NCBI RefSeq assembly: GCF_004010195.1
Contig: NC_057717.1
Coordinates: forward strand, 74,055,424 to 74,119,423
DNA length: 64,000 nt
Direction of reading: 5' to 3'
DNA from: Chiloscyllium plagiosum
Taxonomy: Eukaryota
Made by a program: the position numbers and the translations under genes. Shown in pieces: positions 1-13,265 of the stretch. Each line of letters begins with the position of its first letter. Position 1 is the first letter of the stretch. The notes below the pieces were generated by a model. That model was not told the DNA's origin. It searched no databases and was given only the letters and a program-made list of their open reading frames with translations.

Positions 1-260
1 GCCGGAGTGGAGTGGGGGCGGAGAGGTCAGGAAGAAGATTGCAGGTTAGGAAGACGGTGCACTCAGCGAGTCGTGAGTTCATGGAATGCCCTGCCAGTAG
101 CAGTGGTGGACTCTCCCTCATTATGGGCATTTAAGCGGGCATTGGATAGGCATATGGAGGATAGTGGGCTTAGATCGGCGCAACATCGAGGGCCGAAGGG
201 CCTGTACTGCGCTGTATTGTTCTCTGTTCTATGTTCTATGTTCTATGTTCTATGTTCTAT
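1..260 (+). mobile_element. CR1 LINE 3' end with (GTTCTAT)n tail
   Basis: TQRVVSSWNALPVAVV..FKRALDRHM (CR1 ORF2 C-terminus); GGGCCGAAGGGCCTGT; microsatellite tail. Confidence 0.85.
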
Positions 261-261
261 G

Positions 262-960
262 AGTTATAGACATGTACAGCACAGGAACAGACACTTCTGT
301 CCAACGTGTCCATGCCGACCAAATATGCTAGATTAATTTGGCCTCACATGCGAGCACTTTGTCCATATCCCTCAAAACCTTTCCTATTCATATACACATG
401 CAGATGCCTTTGAAGTGTTGTAACTGTATAAACCTCAAACACTTACACTGGCAGCTTATTCCATACACACACCACTCTATGTGTGAAAAGGTTGCCCTTA
501 CATCCCTTGTAATTTTTCCCCGCTCTCATCTTAAAGCTAAGCTATCTCGTTCTGGACTCCGATAAACCAGAGAAAATACTGTCTATTTACTATATCCATG
601 CACATCATGATTATATAAACCTCTGTAAGGTCACCCCTCAGCATCGGATGTCACAGGGAAAGTTGTCTCAGACTATTCAGCCTCTCCCTGTAGGTTAAGT
701 CCTCCAACCCTATCTTCGGATAGGAGTGAGACCAGAATTGTAGATAATATTCAAAAAATAGCCTAACCAATGCCCTGTACCGCCAAGACATGACGTTTCA
801 ATTCCTATACTCAATGCGCTGTCCAATAAAGGAAAGCATTCTTCATTATCCTATATACCTGTGACTCCAATTTCAAGGAACTATGATCCTGATTGTACAA
901 CAACACTTCTCAGGAACTTACCATTATGTGTATAATTCCTACTCGGATTTGTTTGTGGAA
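262..960 (-). mobile_element. CR1 LINE 3' fragment
   Basis: Reverse complement of the CR1 ORF2 C-terminal region and 3' UTR seen in other copies. Confidence 0.75.
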
Positions 961-2079
961 TTCATAGGCCGGTCATTGTTTGAAATTTTCTCCCCAACAC
1001 ATTTCAAGTCGTGATCCCTATCTCTCACTCGAGAAAGATCTCTTGCTCCCTCCAACATTGAACATGGCGGAAATGTACAGAATTTTAAATTTTTGTGGGG
1101 CTTTAAAGTCAATGTGGATTATTAAACCATAGATTTAATCTTGGAACAAGCACAAGAAGTTATCTTGTTCACTATTAATATGTACCTAATTTACAATAAT
1201 GTACCTCTATGGATGCAGTGCACGTCTCACATCACAAACAAAAAAAACATGACACGGAGTCACGTGAAACAAAAACCAGTTCCGTTTGTAAATGAGCCCT
1301 TAAGAAGCACAAGAGACCGAGAGTGAGACTGGGAGAGTCGCACAGAGAGAGATGGAATTTTAATGACAGATTTACACCGTTTAATATCCAACTGAATGAG
1401 CATATGCAATTCAATTGATGCACACTTCACTCGTTCCATGCAATGGCACAGTGTCCATAACCACGGTATACTACTTACTACGAGGAGGACTTTAGTCGAA
1501 TATCTTGGGATACTGTGTTTATTTGATGGGCAAACTTCAAAAATTCATTCGAGTGTATGGCATAAAAGATACATTAATGAGGAGATTGAAAGTGTGGCAT
1601 GATGGAGTTCCTACCCAGTATTGACTATGTAATGGATATTACGAGCTGAATTGCATGCATTTGTGTTTGTTTGTTTTTTGCAAATAGCATGAGACGTTTT
1701 AGGCTATAAGGTCAGAAGATTTCGAACAAAATGAGGACATTCAGCGTGTGCAGTCTGCTCCACCATTCATTAAGCTTATACCTGATGTGATAATGCTCAA
1801 CTGTTTGGTGTTTCCCTTTTAATCTTCATATCCTTACTGATTAAAATTCCTTTCTTCTAAGTTTTGAATATACTTAACTGTGAAGTGTCAACAGTCCTCT
1901 ATTTCAATACATTTGAGAGAAGAATTTCCAAAACATCACTCTTCTATATGGGCAACATTTACTTCTGCCTGTGGCTTACCTACCATTTGGACCATATGAC
2001 ATGGATGGCAAGATTTAACCACTTCTTTGTGCAGTCCAGTTCAATAGAAATGTTTTTGTACATTAGCTTACGTCGTTGG

Positions 2080-2820
2080 TGACCAAACAGGTCGATGAGG
2101 GTAAAACACTTGAAGTGGTGTATATGGATTTCAGTGAGGCGTTTGATTACTTTCCCCACTGTAGGCTATTACACAAAATGTGGAGGAAGGGAGTCAGGGT
2201 GATGTAGCTATTTGGATCAGAGGTTGGCTGCTGGAAAAAGACAGAGGGCGGTGGTTGATGGGAAATGTTCATCCTGGAGTTCAGGTACTCATGATGTGCC
2301 ACTGCTGTTTGTCATTCTTTATAAATGACCTGGAAGAGGGCGTAGAAGGATGGGTTAGTAAATGTATAGATGACACTGAGATTGGTGAAGTTCTGGACAG
2401 TGCTGAACGATGTTGCAGGTTACAACGGGACATTTCAAACCTGCAGAGCTGGGCTGAGAGATGGCAAATGGAGTTTAATGCAGAAAAGTGTGATGGAGCA
2501 ATAGGAAAGAGTACTTTGGCTAATGGTAGGATTTTTCTTCATATAGATGTGCAGACAGATCACAGTGTCCATTTGCATAGATCCAAGAAAGTTGCCATCA
2601 AGTTTGATAGGGTTGTTAATAAAGCATGCAGTGTGTTAGCTTTTATTGGTACAGAGATTGAGATTTGGAGCCTATTTTAATGGGATTTAAATGGTTAGTG
2701 GATAAACATATGATTGAAAATGGAATAGGGTAGGATAAATGAGTTTCAGATTGGTCGCACAGGTTGGCTCAACATCGATGTCTGAAGGGCCTGTACTGCG
2801 CTGTAATTTTCTATGTTCCA
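2080..2820 (+). mobile_element. CR1 LINE RT/3' fragment (internally deleted)
   Basis: FINDLEEGVEGWVSKCIDDT..WAERWQMEFNAEKC; 3' UTR GAAGGGCCTGTACTGCGCTG. Confidence 0.85.
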
Positions 2821-3099
2821 CATTCCTCATACCTATGTTACTGTCTACTGGTAATTAGTGTGCTACCTGTAACACATACTGTCTGTAAGCTACCACCAAT
2901 AAAATCTATAGATTGCTTCTCTGTGCTAACCTGCCATGGTCTTCATTTTCGCCTTAGGATTCTACCTTTATGATAATAACCCTCAGGAACAAATTCTGAT
3001 TCATTTTCTGAGCATAATTCTCTATATATATCTTTTATTCTCTCGTCTTTCTGTTGTAAGTCCATTAGCTTTTCTCGACTAAACACTTCTGCTGATCCT

Positions 3100-5220
3100 C
3101 TTCCTGTTCAGTTTTTTCTTGCACCATTGCATCAAACCGGGTTTCAGTTAACTGAACCTTAACTCCTTCATGTTTCTCTTTCGCTTTTGCTTCTTGCTGT
3201 GACTTATGACAATGGGATCTTATTACGTCCAAACATTTCATGGTATTTTGTTTTCTTTCATTTCCTCATTTCATCTTCCATTGGCTTCTCTACAAGCAGG
3301 GATGTCACTCCCACCTTGGAACTTGCTAAATCATCTCCATGCTCAAACTGCATTTCTGGAAGTGACACTCTATCAATCAGTCCCGCTGTTATTTCACAAG
3401 ACCTGATTTGGCTATCTAATCTGATTTTACACAAGGGAACGCTAAATCTCTGTTCATCTATTCCACATATTAACGATCTTTTGGGTAGCATGTCAGAAAG
3501 AATTCAAGTACGGTTATATTTTACTGTTAGAGACTGATTGTATCCCATCTCTCTCAAAGTTATAACTTCCTTCCCTTCTCCCCCCGTTCTTCCAGAGAAA
3601 ACGTGACCCACAGAGTCAGACACGTTGTTTCCCTCTATAACCTTCTATTTGTGTCCATTTAATCCAGTAATGGAACGCCTCCATCTGTCTGTCGATAACA
3701 AATTGGTAATTATGTTTCCTCGTTCTGCCACGTGCATAATTTTCAAATAGAATGACTGCAGTAATAAGCTCCATTCAAAAGTCGGGAATTTTTGCTCTTA
3801 AATTTCTCCAAAATGTTAATGGGTCATGATCATTGTATACAATTTTCTCAGAGACATTACTGGCAAGATAAATGTTGAAATGTTGCAACACCAACCCCAA
3901 GCTCAAGGTCTCCTCAATTGTGGATTTTTTCTGGTGATGAATATTCAATTTCATGGAAAACATGTTTTGCTTTTGCTTTCCTTCGCTACCAAAATGCTTC
4001 TCGAGCAAATTCAGTGGACAGGCTCTGTGAGATGTCTTTCTAACTGTGTTCTTACAAAACTCACGTTACAAAGTCTCCTTTCGATTTGATAAGGTCCAAT
4101 AAACTTTGCTGTTAAAGATTCATCTGTCATTGGAAGGAACACGAACACTTTATCACAAATCCCGAAACAGTGAATGCCTAATTTTGTGTTTGCTTCATGT
4201 TTCATTGCAAATTGCCCGACGTCTAAATTTTGTCTCGCCAACTCAACCATTCTATTTAATACTTCCCTGAAATTTTACGCGTGTTGTAAATATATGGTCT
4301 CTGAGCTCTGATTCACCAATCTCTCCTTAATTAATTTCAGTAGTCCTCTCACTCATGCCTAAAAGCTAATTCAAATGGAGTAAGTTTGGTAGATTAATTT
4401 GATAAGTCCCGAAGTGCAAAAGTCACGAATTCAATTCCTTTATCCAAATCGTCTGGATACTCCTGACTAAAAGTTCTCAAAATGATCTTTCAATTTCACT
4501 GCCACCGTTGTGATGCTCCCTGCGATTCTAGATGGCATGTGATGGATTTGAGTTTATATATACATATAAACTATCTATAAATTCCCTGAATTTGTTTGAT
4601 ATGAGATGTGACCCTAAATCTGATTCTACCTCTGTGGTTAATTCATACCGAGTGAAAAAAATGACTAAGTCCTCTGCAATCCTTTTAGCAATGATATTGT
4701 ATAATAGAATAATCTCTTAATATCTAGTGGATTCATCCATTCTGATCAGCAAATACTGCTTCCCACTTTGTTTGCCTTGGGTAGGGGTCCTACACAATCA
4801 ATAGACTCTCGTGAAATGATCCTCAAATGAAGGAATGGGTATGACATTTGCTGGTTTATCACTGTCTGAGATTTTCCAAATATCTGACAAGCATGAAATG
4901 TTTGCCAATATTCAAGTACATCCTGATGCAGTCCAGGCCAGTATTTTTTTTGTATGTTGTTTTCAGTTTTGCTTACTCTCAAATGAGTACCTATTGGTAA
5001 CTCGTGTGCTACCCGCAATAGCTGCTTTCCATAAACGACCAGCAATACAACTTGATGAACTTCTGCCCATTTCTCATTAGCTTGCAAGTTGTGGCTGGGA
5101 ACTGGAAATAGCCGAGACTTTTCAGAACTGTAACATTGACTTGGTGGCTCTTCTGACAAATGAAGGTCAAGAAGAAACCTTCGGATTAGTAAGTATCAGT
5201 TCAGCAGGTCACAGAATTCC
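3100..5220 (-). mobile_element. Gmr1-like LTR retrotransposon pol fragments (integrase, then RT/RNase H; separate protease-region piece)
   Basis: AHELPIGTH...YWPGLHQDV..CQIFGK (integrase Zn domain), IDCVGPLP, FIGPYQI (GPY/F). Downstream STIE..LQHF..VYNDHDPL (RNase H). VPLCKIRL..GDDLASSKVGV at 3258-3491. Confidence 0.8.
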
Positions 5221-5702
5221 TGCATTGGAGGCTTTTCAGCACTTTGAGTTTTCATTTCCAAAGATATCCAGATCCTCTTCATGCCAAGAATTTGCTATGA
5301 CTAACTGACATATCCCTGGAGACTTCGCGGCAATGTACCATAGCCAACCTTCATATGTTTAAACAGTAGAAGGAAAACAGAGCACCAGGCGTACACCCAC
5401 TCAGAGAGATAAAATGCAAACTCCACGCAGAGACTAGAATCAAACCATTGTGAAGCAGCTGTGATAGCCACTATACCATTGTGCCGTTCTAGTTTGAATT
5501 TAACTTGGTAACTGCTTCATACTGAGTTCCCAGAGACAAAAAAGAGAACGAAATGTGTTTCAGCTGACGAATGCAGTATTTCTGATTCATAAGCTTATAA
5601 CTATGTGAAACTCAGTGTAACTGAGCATCACTGAGTGACACTGGGAAGCATTGAATGACATTGGGTGTAATTAAGTGTCTCCAGATGTCACTGTGTATCA
5701 TC

Positions 5703-6055
5703 GCAGAATCATAAAATCCCGGCATTGGGTAAAGAGGCCATTCAGCCCTTCTATTCTTCACCGATTCTCCAAACAATCTCCCACCCAGACCCACCACCCT
5801 CCCCTTGCACAACACCCAATTCCAATAATCTTTCATTTACCATTTCAATCCATCCAGCTTGCACATCCCTAGGCATTACTGGGTAATTTAGCATGACTGA
5901 TCTACTTGCACTGCACATCTTTGGACCATGGGAAGAAATTGGATCAACCAGCCGTAATCCACACAGACATGGGGAGAAGACAAACTCCAATTAGATATTC
6001 ACACAAAGCTGGAATTGAACCAAGTCGCTGGCACTTTGACGTTGCTGTGCTCATT
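5703..6055 (-). mobile_element. HE1-type tRNA-derived shark SINE
   Basis: Reverse complement of the SINE at 23375/53405 (GGAGTTTG..TTCTCCCC..GTCTG core, CR1-like tail). A partial copy lies at ~5300-5487. Confidence 0.7.
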
Positions 6056-7341
6056 TTGAAATAAATCATTTAATGAACAAAAACTGGAGACTTCCTTTCT
6101 GGTTTTCTCTCTGTCTGTAACATTTGTTTCTTTTTTTTCTGCTGTTATTATTAGTCTATCTGTCTATATGCATCCGGGACTCTAATCTGTACCTGGAGGT
6201 TCAAACTATACATTTTAATTATTCTATTGAACTGTTTCTAAATTGCTGAAATTGTATCGCTCATAATAAATATTGATTCTCGTTAGGTGCAGACACCTTC
6301 TATGTTTCAATTAAGTTCTTTGACAACTCTCTGAGAGTCGTGTAGATTGGGGACTGCTGGAAATTTCTTTTAAATGCATGCATTTTTATGATGACTCCAG
6401 GAATCTGGCACTTAAAAATAAACTTGTAATCAAAACGGATCCTCATAGAAAGTACACCAGCTGATGATTTTTAAAATCGATTTTTAATGTGTGGTTTCAC
6501 AACATAAACACACTGACTGAATTTTTCATCTTTCAATTGTATTTGATAACATGTGAGCAAAGAAATAATATTGATACGAAAATTGAAACTGGACATTAGT
6601 TCACAAGTGAGCGTTCTGTTGAATTGCGAGGATGCATTTGCAATATTAATGCAGTCATGTATTGCTAATTTATGAACCTTGCATGGAAAAATATGATTAG
6701 AGCGTCATTTCTAAAAAGAATAATATAATATGCAATTCAGTATTTTCCTGTATTGTGATAGCATATTTTGAAGCATCCATGGCCTGAGAAGCAGAAATAA
6801 TTTTTTCAGTCCAATGACAGTTTCTTAGACACAACCTTTTAGGCGTTGCTAAATTCCGCATTACGTCTGCGTAATAGCTAAAATTTAATAGATAATTAGC
6901 AAACAAAGTTAAGCACTGCTCTATTTTTCCACCAATTAAGCAAACCTATGAATCATGGCATAGTTTTCCATAAGGTGAATATGTAGAAAGCACAAGGCAC
7001 CGTGTATTTACAAAAGTAAGGAAAAACAACAATGCAACGAGTTCATTAATATATATTCCATGTTGTAGGTTTAAGGAAGGCAAAAATTCTTATTTCAAAG
7101 CAATTCATCAGATTTATTTTTAATTGAAAGTGTACCATTAACTGTGTGCTAATTCAATTGTGAATTTGCAAGGAACTTAAATGTAATAGTAATGATATAT
7201 ATTTGACACTACTCAAAACCAAATCCAAATATTGACTGGTCTTTTATACAAAGGTGCAAACATAAACCCCCCAAAAAATGCATATCTGAATAATTATCTG
7301 CTCGTGTTTTTTTTTTGCTGGTAACAACGTTTATACTAATT

Positions 7342-7670
7342 GTCGAATCTCTACAGCGGCCATTCGGACCATTGATTCCACACTGGCTCTCTGAATAACA
7401 GCCCACCCACACCGATCCGAGTACACTGTCCCTTAAACACTGCTCCTCCATTGGCTAACCCACTTTACCTCCAAAACTCTGGATCGTTTGGACAAATTAG
7501 CATAGCTAATCCACCTAAGGACTTTTGGACAGTGCGAGGAAACCGGAGAATAAAGAGGAAATCCATTTTAAGATGGGGAGAACATGCAAATTCCACACAC
7601 TCAGTCACTCGAGGGCGGAATCAGATCCCCCTGTCACCGGCACTGTGAGGTAGCTGTGCTGACCATTCAG
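7342..7670 (-). mobile_element. HE1-type SINE
   Basis: TTTGGACAGTGCGAGGAAACCGGAG..GGGGAGAACATGCAAATTCCACAC core. Confidence 0.7.
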
Positions 7671-9254
7671 CAAATAATTTGAAATATGGTGTGATTGGCA
7701 TATTTCCCCGCTTTATAATGTCCTTCCATGAATTAGTATTGCAAATGCAACGTCGCTAGTAATGTGCTTAATTGTGTAACAGGCATCCAAAAATGAAGAC
7801 AAAATTTTCTTGTTCATGCTTGTATATTCCATCAAATCGACGGTACCAAATGCAAGTATTACATAAACTTTCTTCCTTTAAACAATTCAGGATACACGAA
7901 ATTCTCCTTTAATTCTTAGGGTAACTCTCTAAACATTGATTGCAACGATAGTTTGGAGAGAATGCAACCATTTATGATTTGAACAGTTGTTCAGTATTCT
8001 CTACTTGTTTTATTTATTTTGCATTATGTCAGGTTAATGAATATGTCGCTTTTCCTTAGTTTTCAGAAAAGAATATATTGAATATATGTGCCTCATGTTG
8101 TGTTCTACCACATTTACAATTAAGAATATTGTTGTGTCCTTTTTTTAACGATCCTCATTAATATAATCTAGAGGTTTCACCGCTTAGAAAAAGACTAGGC
8201 TATCTACCATTTGATGACAGCCTTTCTTTTCTAATTCTACAATTTTAACAAAAGATTTTCGATGATAATTTCAAGCAGGTGATAATGCTATCTGAGAGGA
8301 TCTCGATGACAATGTTTAATTTACATAATTAAACATTCATTTATCATAATCAGTTAAATCAACAGAAAAAAGCACCAACGATGTGTTGTGCATGCATTGA
8401 AATTGATAGCAATGAAAGCTGCCTTGTAATGAGACGATGGCTGAGTAATGCTATCATGAGACTATTGATTAATTAATGTTCTGGAGTCTCCATTGTTAAA
8501 TAACACCATGGCAGCTTCGCTCATACCGCTTAGAGACACGAAATCTGCCATTGTTACCTGGTCAGCCAGCATGTGACTCCAGACAGTAATATTGTGCATT
8601 GCCCTTGCGCTGGCGGGGAAAGTGATGCAGATATTTGGTGAATGAATGAGTAAGCAAATCAAAAATAATTCTATGCATAGAAAACTTCAATGTTTAAAAT
8701 ACGTTTAATAATTAGTTCATTTTCTAACTAAGGAAACGCCTATTGCACAGTGTATTTGGGTTTTATTCGAAATGATGCAGTTTTTCTTTTAAAATGTGAA
8801 ACATTACTAATAAATGCAAATTCAAGATGGAAAATAATTGCATGACCAATCCAGTCTCACGCATGTAATGTACAATATAAACATCGAAACTCTTCAGAGA
8901 TTCCCATCTAAATATAAATAAATAGACATGAAAAGTTTTGCTTTGTTCAGAGCTGCAGTTATTGTTGAATGCTGTTGACAGGAAAGGGCATCGTTGCAAA
9001 ACAATCAGTACAATAATATGTAATCATTTTCTAAAACTGTGACTGAGCAGAGAGATGAGCAAACCTAACATCTATAAAAATAAGCATATAGATAATGCAA
9101 GAAGTGCAGCAAGACCTGCTGCACATCAAGTGATAACAATCAGCAAATAATATTTAGATTTAATGCACTTATCGGATATAGTAAATTAAGAATGGATTTT
9201 AGAATCAAGAATGTCACAGAGAATCGTGCAAACAATTTCAAAGAATTATGAGGG

Positions 9255-9450
9255 TGCGGAAAGGGGCTAATCGACACATCGAGTAATGGCCAACTCTCCA
9301 CCAGCATCCAATCGAGATACAGTCCCCCATCTTATGTAACCTCCATTTCTTTGAACTGTGGGAGGAAACGGAAGCACCTGGCAGAAAACGACGCAGAAAT
9401 ACCAGAATGTTCAAACTCCACAGGGACAGTCACCCAATGCTGGAATGATG
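9255..9450 (-). mobile_element. HE1-type SINE fragment (absent from the homologous position of the intact gene copy)
   Basis: TGTGGGAGGAAACGGAAGCACC..AAACTCCACAGGGACAGTCACCCAA. Confidence 0.65.
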
Positions 9451-10329
9451 CACGTTTCGAAATGACATCACTATCTGAATGAGATTAATTGAACAGAAAA
9501 TTTACTCAACACAATGTTTAACAATCAGTAATTTGTGAAATATATCAAGTGTTTTTTCGAAAATGCTGTGAGAGGGAAGCATTTTATTCAAGCAAGTAGG
9601 AAATTTCACCTATTCTTCGTGAGACAAATGATAGTGTTTTGCAATAGATTGAAAGAGCAACATGAGTCACGTTATAATGTCTCGTCTAAAACAATATACA
9701 ATGGAACTTATATTATTCATGCAGTTTTGACTCTGATAGTGCTGAATATTAAATATTCGAAAATTCGCATGAACGTATGAGCTTCTGCATACAAGCCAGA
9801 TAATCGCTCTCTGAAGACCAGTTGATAGCTGATTAATCTAAGCTTTAAAAAAAAGCATGATGGATGCTGATTATAGCAATCTTCGAAACAAGTTACAGAA
9901 GTTTGAGCATTTTCAATAGAATCGGGTACACTTTTTCCAAGTTACAATTAATGTCTGTACATTCTAGACAAAGCAAACCTCAGAGTCAAACTATTTTCGC
10001 GCATACAAAAAAATCAACTAGGTAAGAATTCTAGCATTTGTATTATGCAGCATTTTCATTATTATATTGGACCGAAAAAGAGCCTTCTGAATATATTGAG
10101 AATTATATTCTTTACTCTGTTGACCTTTACAGGTATATCTCTGTGTGGACGATTATCATGTAAACAGGAAACCCAAAGCGATATGTTGCACTTTGCTGCA
10201 TTTTTTTCCATGCATCCTTTATTGTTTACTTTTGACAATTGAACACTTACCAAGTGTGTGCCTCCTGACTGAGCTTCATAAAACAAATAGTTAGTGTGAA
10301 AATGAAAGCCGCAGCCTCAACCTCCGACA

Positions 10330-11623
10330 ATTAACATTTTCCATCTATTTGTGCTGTTCCATCTTTTGACATTTCTTTTTGTACTGCTAATTGGGGTGGT
10401 AATTCCACGATAAAATTGTGGATAAATATGTTGAAGTGGGATGTTAAGCTGCTGTGTTCTGAAATATCAGTTTTGTGCTGAAGAAGCAAATTCTCAAAGT
10501 ACAAATAAAATGGAAGAGATTTTCATTATCCCTGGTCCATTTTGAGAAAACCAGAGGCTTGTCATTTTATGTTTTCCATCACTGCAGTAGAACAACGAAA
10601 AGCGTTTTTTTATCTTAATTTGACAGCAACGCTATATTTGGAATTATTCTGCATGCAAGTCTTGGTACCCTGATTACCAGAGCGTCAAAGTTTGACATGA
10701 TACTTCAAAAATCACAAAGAAGTATTATTTCATTTTTTCACTTTTTTTCATTCACATTTTCGTTGTCTAATTTTCTGTCTTTTGCAGCATTCCACATTAT
10801 AATTGACAATCGCCATAATCCTTCCTTGTTTTCCAGGCAGGAGTTACCGATTTTCTTTTCCTCCGTCTTTGCACCGCTTCTTTAATCTGTCAAGCATTTT
10901 CCCATTCGGTGCCTCTGGGAACGTTTTCCTGCAAACGCCATCCATCCAAACTGTTTTGGTGTGAAGTGCCATGAATTTGGGTTGCCACACGGGTTGGCTT
11001 CAAAGGGCAGTTGTTCATTGATACAAACAGCAACGGTGGCAATATATGAAACTCGTTTACATTGTCAGAAGAAGCGTTCTTCCACATCAAAGATTCTCAG
11101 CAAAAATTAACATTGAATCGTCTGTTTGTTCACTTGTAATTCAAGATGTGCAGAGAAATGAGTCGCGTCAATATTAGTGTGCAGCTCGGAAATTGTATGC
11201 ACCTCCTTTCATATTCGGAAATGACTCGAAATTGTTCATACCAGGTAAGAATTGAAAATCATTTAGTTCATCTACCCTAAACCCACGAACAATCAGTGAT
11301 TATTAATTGCAGATCCCCCAACTTTCTTCAGGTTCCTCAATCATAATAATATGTCCCAACCATTGAAAGATTTTTTTTCGTTGGAAAGCAGCCAATTGAT
11401 TTGCTTTGTGAAAATGCCAAATCAAATACACCTATTGTTGGTTGGAATGTTGCCACATGGAATGCCGTAGCTGGACAGCTACTGCGATAATGGACTGAAC
11501 TGAAGCATACAGCACTGTCAGCCTTATTAGAGCCCAATAGAAACTTGGAATCAATGTGCTGCATGTACGTCCATGTGTACTTGAAAAACACTTTTATCAA
11601 TGATAAAGTTTCACATAAGAGAG
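10330..11623 (+). pseudogene. Pseudogene paralogue of the VJ-C1 receptor (leader, VJ and C1 exons)
   Basis: Leader 10330-10372 has ATG->ATT and a lost donor. VJ exon 10906-11244 has the same 339-nt length, acceptor AG->AT and stops TGA 10962, TGA 11019 (the conserved Trp) and TAG 11175; it ends CAARKLYAPPFIFGNDSKLFIP|GTAAGA. An 87-nt intron leads to a frameshifted C1 exon 11332-11623. Confidence 0.9.
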
Positions 11624-11683
11624 GTAATTATTGATATCACTTTATTCATAGTTCAGATACTGGTGTGGGGTTTCTTGTTCGTG

Positions 11684-11902
11684 AGCTGAATATGTGTTGC
11701 TGGAAAAGCGCAGCAGGTCAGGCAGCATCCAAGGAGCAGGAGAATCGACGTTTCGGGCATGAGCCCTTCTTCAGGAATCTAAGCAGGGCTCATGCCCGAA
11801 ACGTCGATTCTCCTGCTCCTTGGATGCTGCCTGACCTGCTGCACTTTTCCAGCAACACATTTTCAACTTTGATCTCCAGCATCTGCAGTCCTCACTTTTT
11901 CC
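11684..11902. mobile_element. Non-autonomous Penelope terminal-repeat hairpin (inverted arms) with target-site-like duplication
   Basis: ATGTGTTGCTGGAAAAGCGCAGCAGG...GGGCATGAGCCC followed by its reverse complement. Flanked by TTTCTTGTTCGTG (11671-11683) and TTTCTTGGTCGTG (11903-11915). The same terminus occurs at 32303. Confidence 0.8.
11745..11775 (-). ncRNA. Minimal hammerhead ribozyme motif of the Penelope terminus
   Basis: Minus strand: cCUGAAGA-a-GGGC-ucau-GCCC-GAAA-cGUCga, i.e. CUGANGA core, 4-bp stem II, GAAA, and a GUC triplet. Confidence 0.6.
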
Positions 11903-12802
11903 TTTCTTGGTCGTGAAACGAGATCAGATATTTCAAATGCTTCTTTGCTTCATCAGTAGGTCTAATTATCTGCTAGTTTATATCTTCTATGTCGCTCACA
12001 ATGGTACTGTTTAGATTTTTCTGCTCCTTTTGCACTTGAGTATACCTCGATATGGAAAAATATGTAGAAATTTGAAACTTTGTCGCCTAAGTTGTAAAAT
12101 CCATTTTTTTTGCGACTTTCTCTCTTTTTGTCTCAGAAAGCAGTCTGCATTTTATGCGAATTAAATCTCAGAAATACATTGTTTAGCCAGTGTAGTCTTT
12201 CTTGTTCCATGCAAATTTGCTCCTAAGCTTATGAAACTTCTTACGATCAGTATATCTATATTTGCTGAAAGAACGTTTGCATTGAATTCCTTCAACCACA
12301 AACCTCCCAAAACATAACACACCTCTGACCATTTTTGAGATAGTGATGCCCTTTTTGCTTGGCATGACGTCAGGTTCACAAGAAATGGATGAAAGAAAGC
12401 CCAACTGGATGTATTGCAGCTATTTTTTCTGTCACAATGAGTCATATTCAGAAAAGGACTTGAGGCAGGCCAGATGAGAAGCTAAATATCAGGCCAAAGC
12501 ACAGACATTATACAATTACATATTGTTACGTTAAGAATCATTCATTCAAGAAGGCTAGGTTGAATTTGGATTCGATTCCAATAGACACCTGGAAAGTTAT
12601 CCTCGTTAGACAATTGAATTAGCATTCATAAAGCAAAGAATCAAACAATACATCAGATGTCTACTTCCCATTCCATTATTCCATTATTTCAAGGTCATGT
12701 TATTCTGTAATCGTTAATTATTTTCATGAGTAAATTTCTCTCAGATTATTAATTCAGTTTTCTCTCCACAGAGTGTATGAGTTTGTGTATGTGTGTCTGT
12801 GT

Positions 12803-13227
12803 GAGAGAGAGAGAGTGAGAGAGAGAATGTGAGTGTTTGTGTGTATGCACGCATGCGCATGTTTCTGCCTCTCTTTCTCTTTCATATTTTCTGGCTCAAT
12901 CTAGCTTTCTGTCATTCTAACAGTCTCTTGTTGTTTATTTACTCTAGTTGTAGGTGACCCTGCCAAATTTTTTTGTGTGAGTTTCCATTAGTTTTCTTTA
13001 ATAGGACATTGGCTTAGAGAGAGAGAGAGAGAGAGAGAGTGTGAGTGTTTGTGTGTATGCGCGCATGAGCATGTTTCTGCCTCTCTTTCTCTTTCATATT
13101 TTCTGGCTCAATCTAGCTTTCTGTCGTTCTAATAGTCTCTTGTTGTTTATTTACTCTAGTTGTAGGTGACCCTGCCAATTTTTTTGTGTGCGTTTCCATT
13201 AGTTTTCTTTAATAGGACATTGGCTTA
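12803..13227. repeat. ~212-bp tandem duplication beginning in a (GA)n microsatellite
   Basis: GTGAGTGTTTGTGTGTATGC..GGACATTGGCTT at 12829 and at 13041. Confidence 0.9.
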
Positions 13228-13265
13228 TCTTATGCATTTTTAAGAACTGTGCATTTCCTTTTCAG

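Noticed and set aside
12161-12445. Two overlapping minus-strand ORFs downstream of the pseudogene C1 exon
   Set aside because: No recognisable motif or splice structure.
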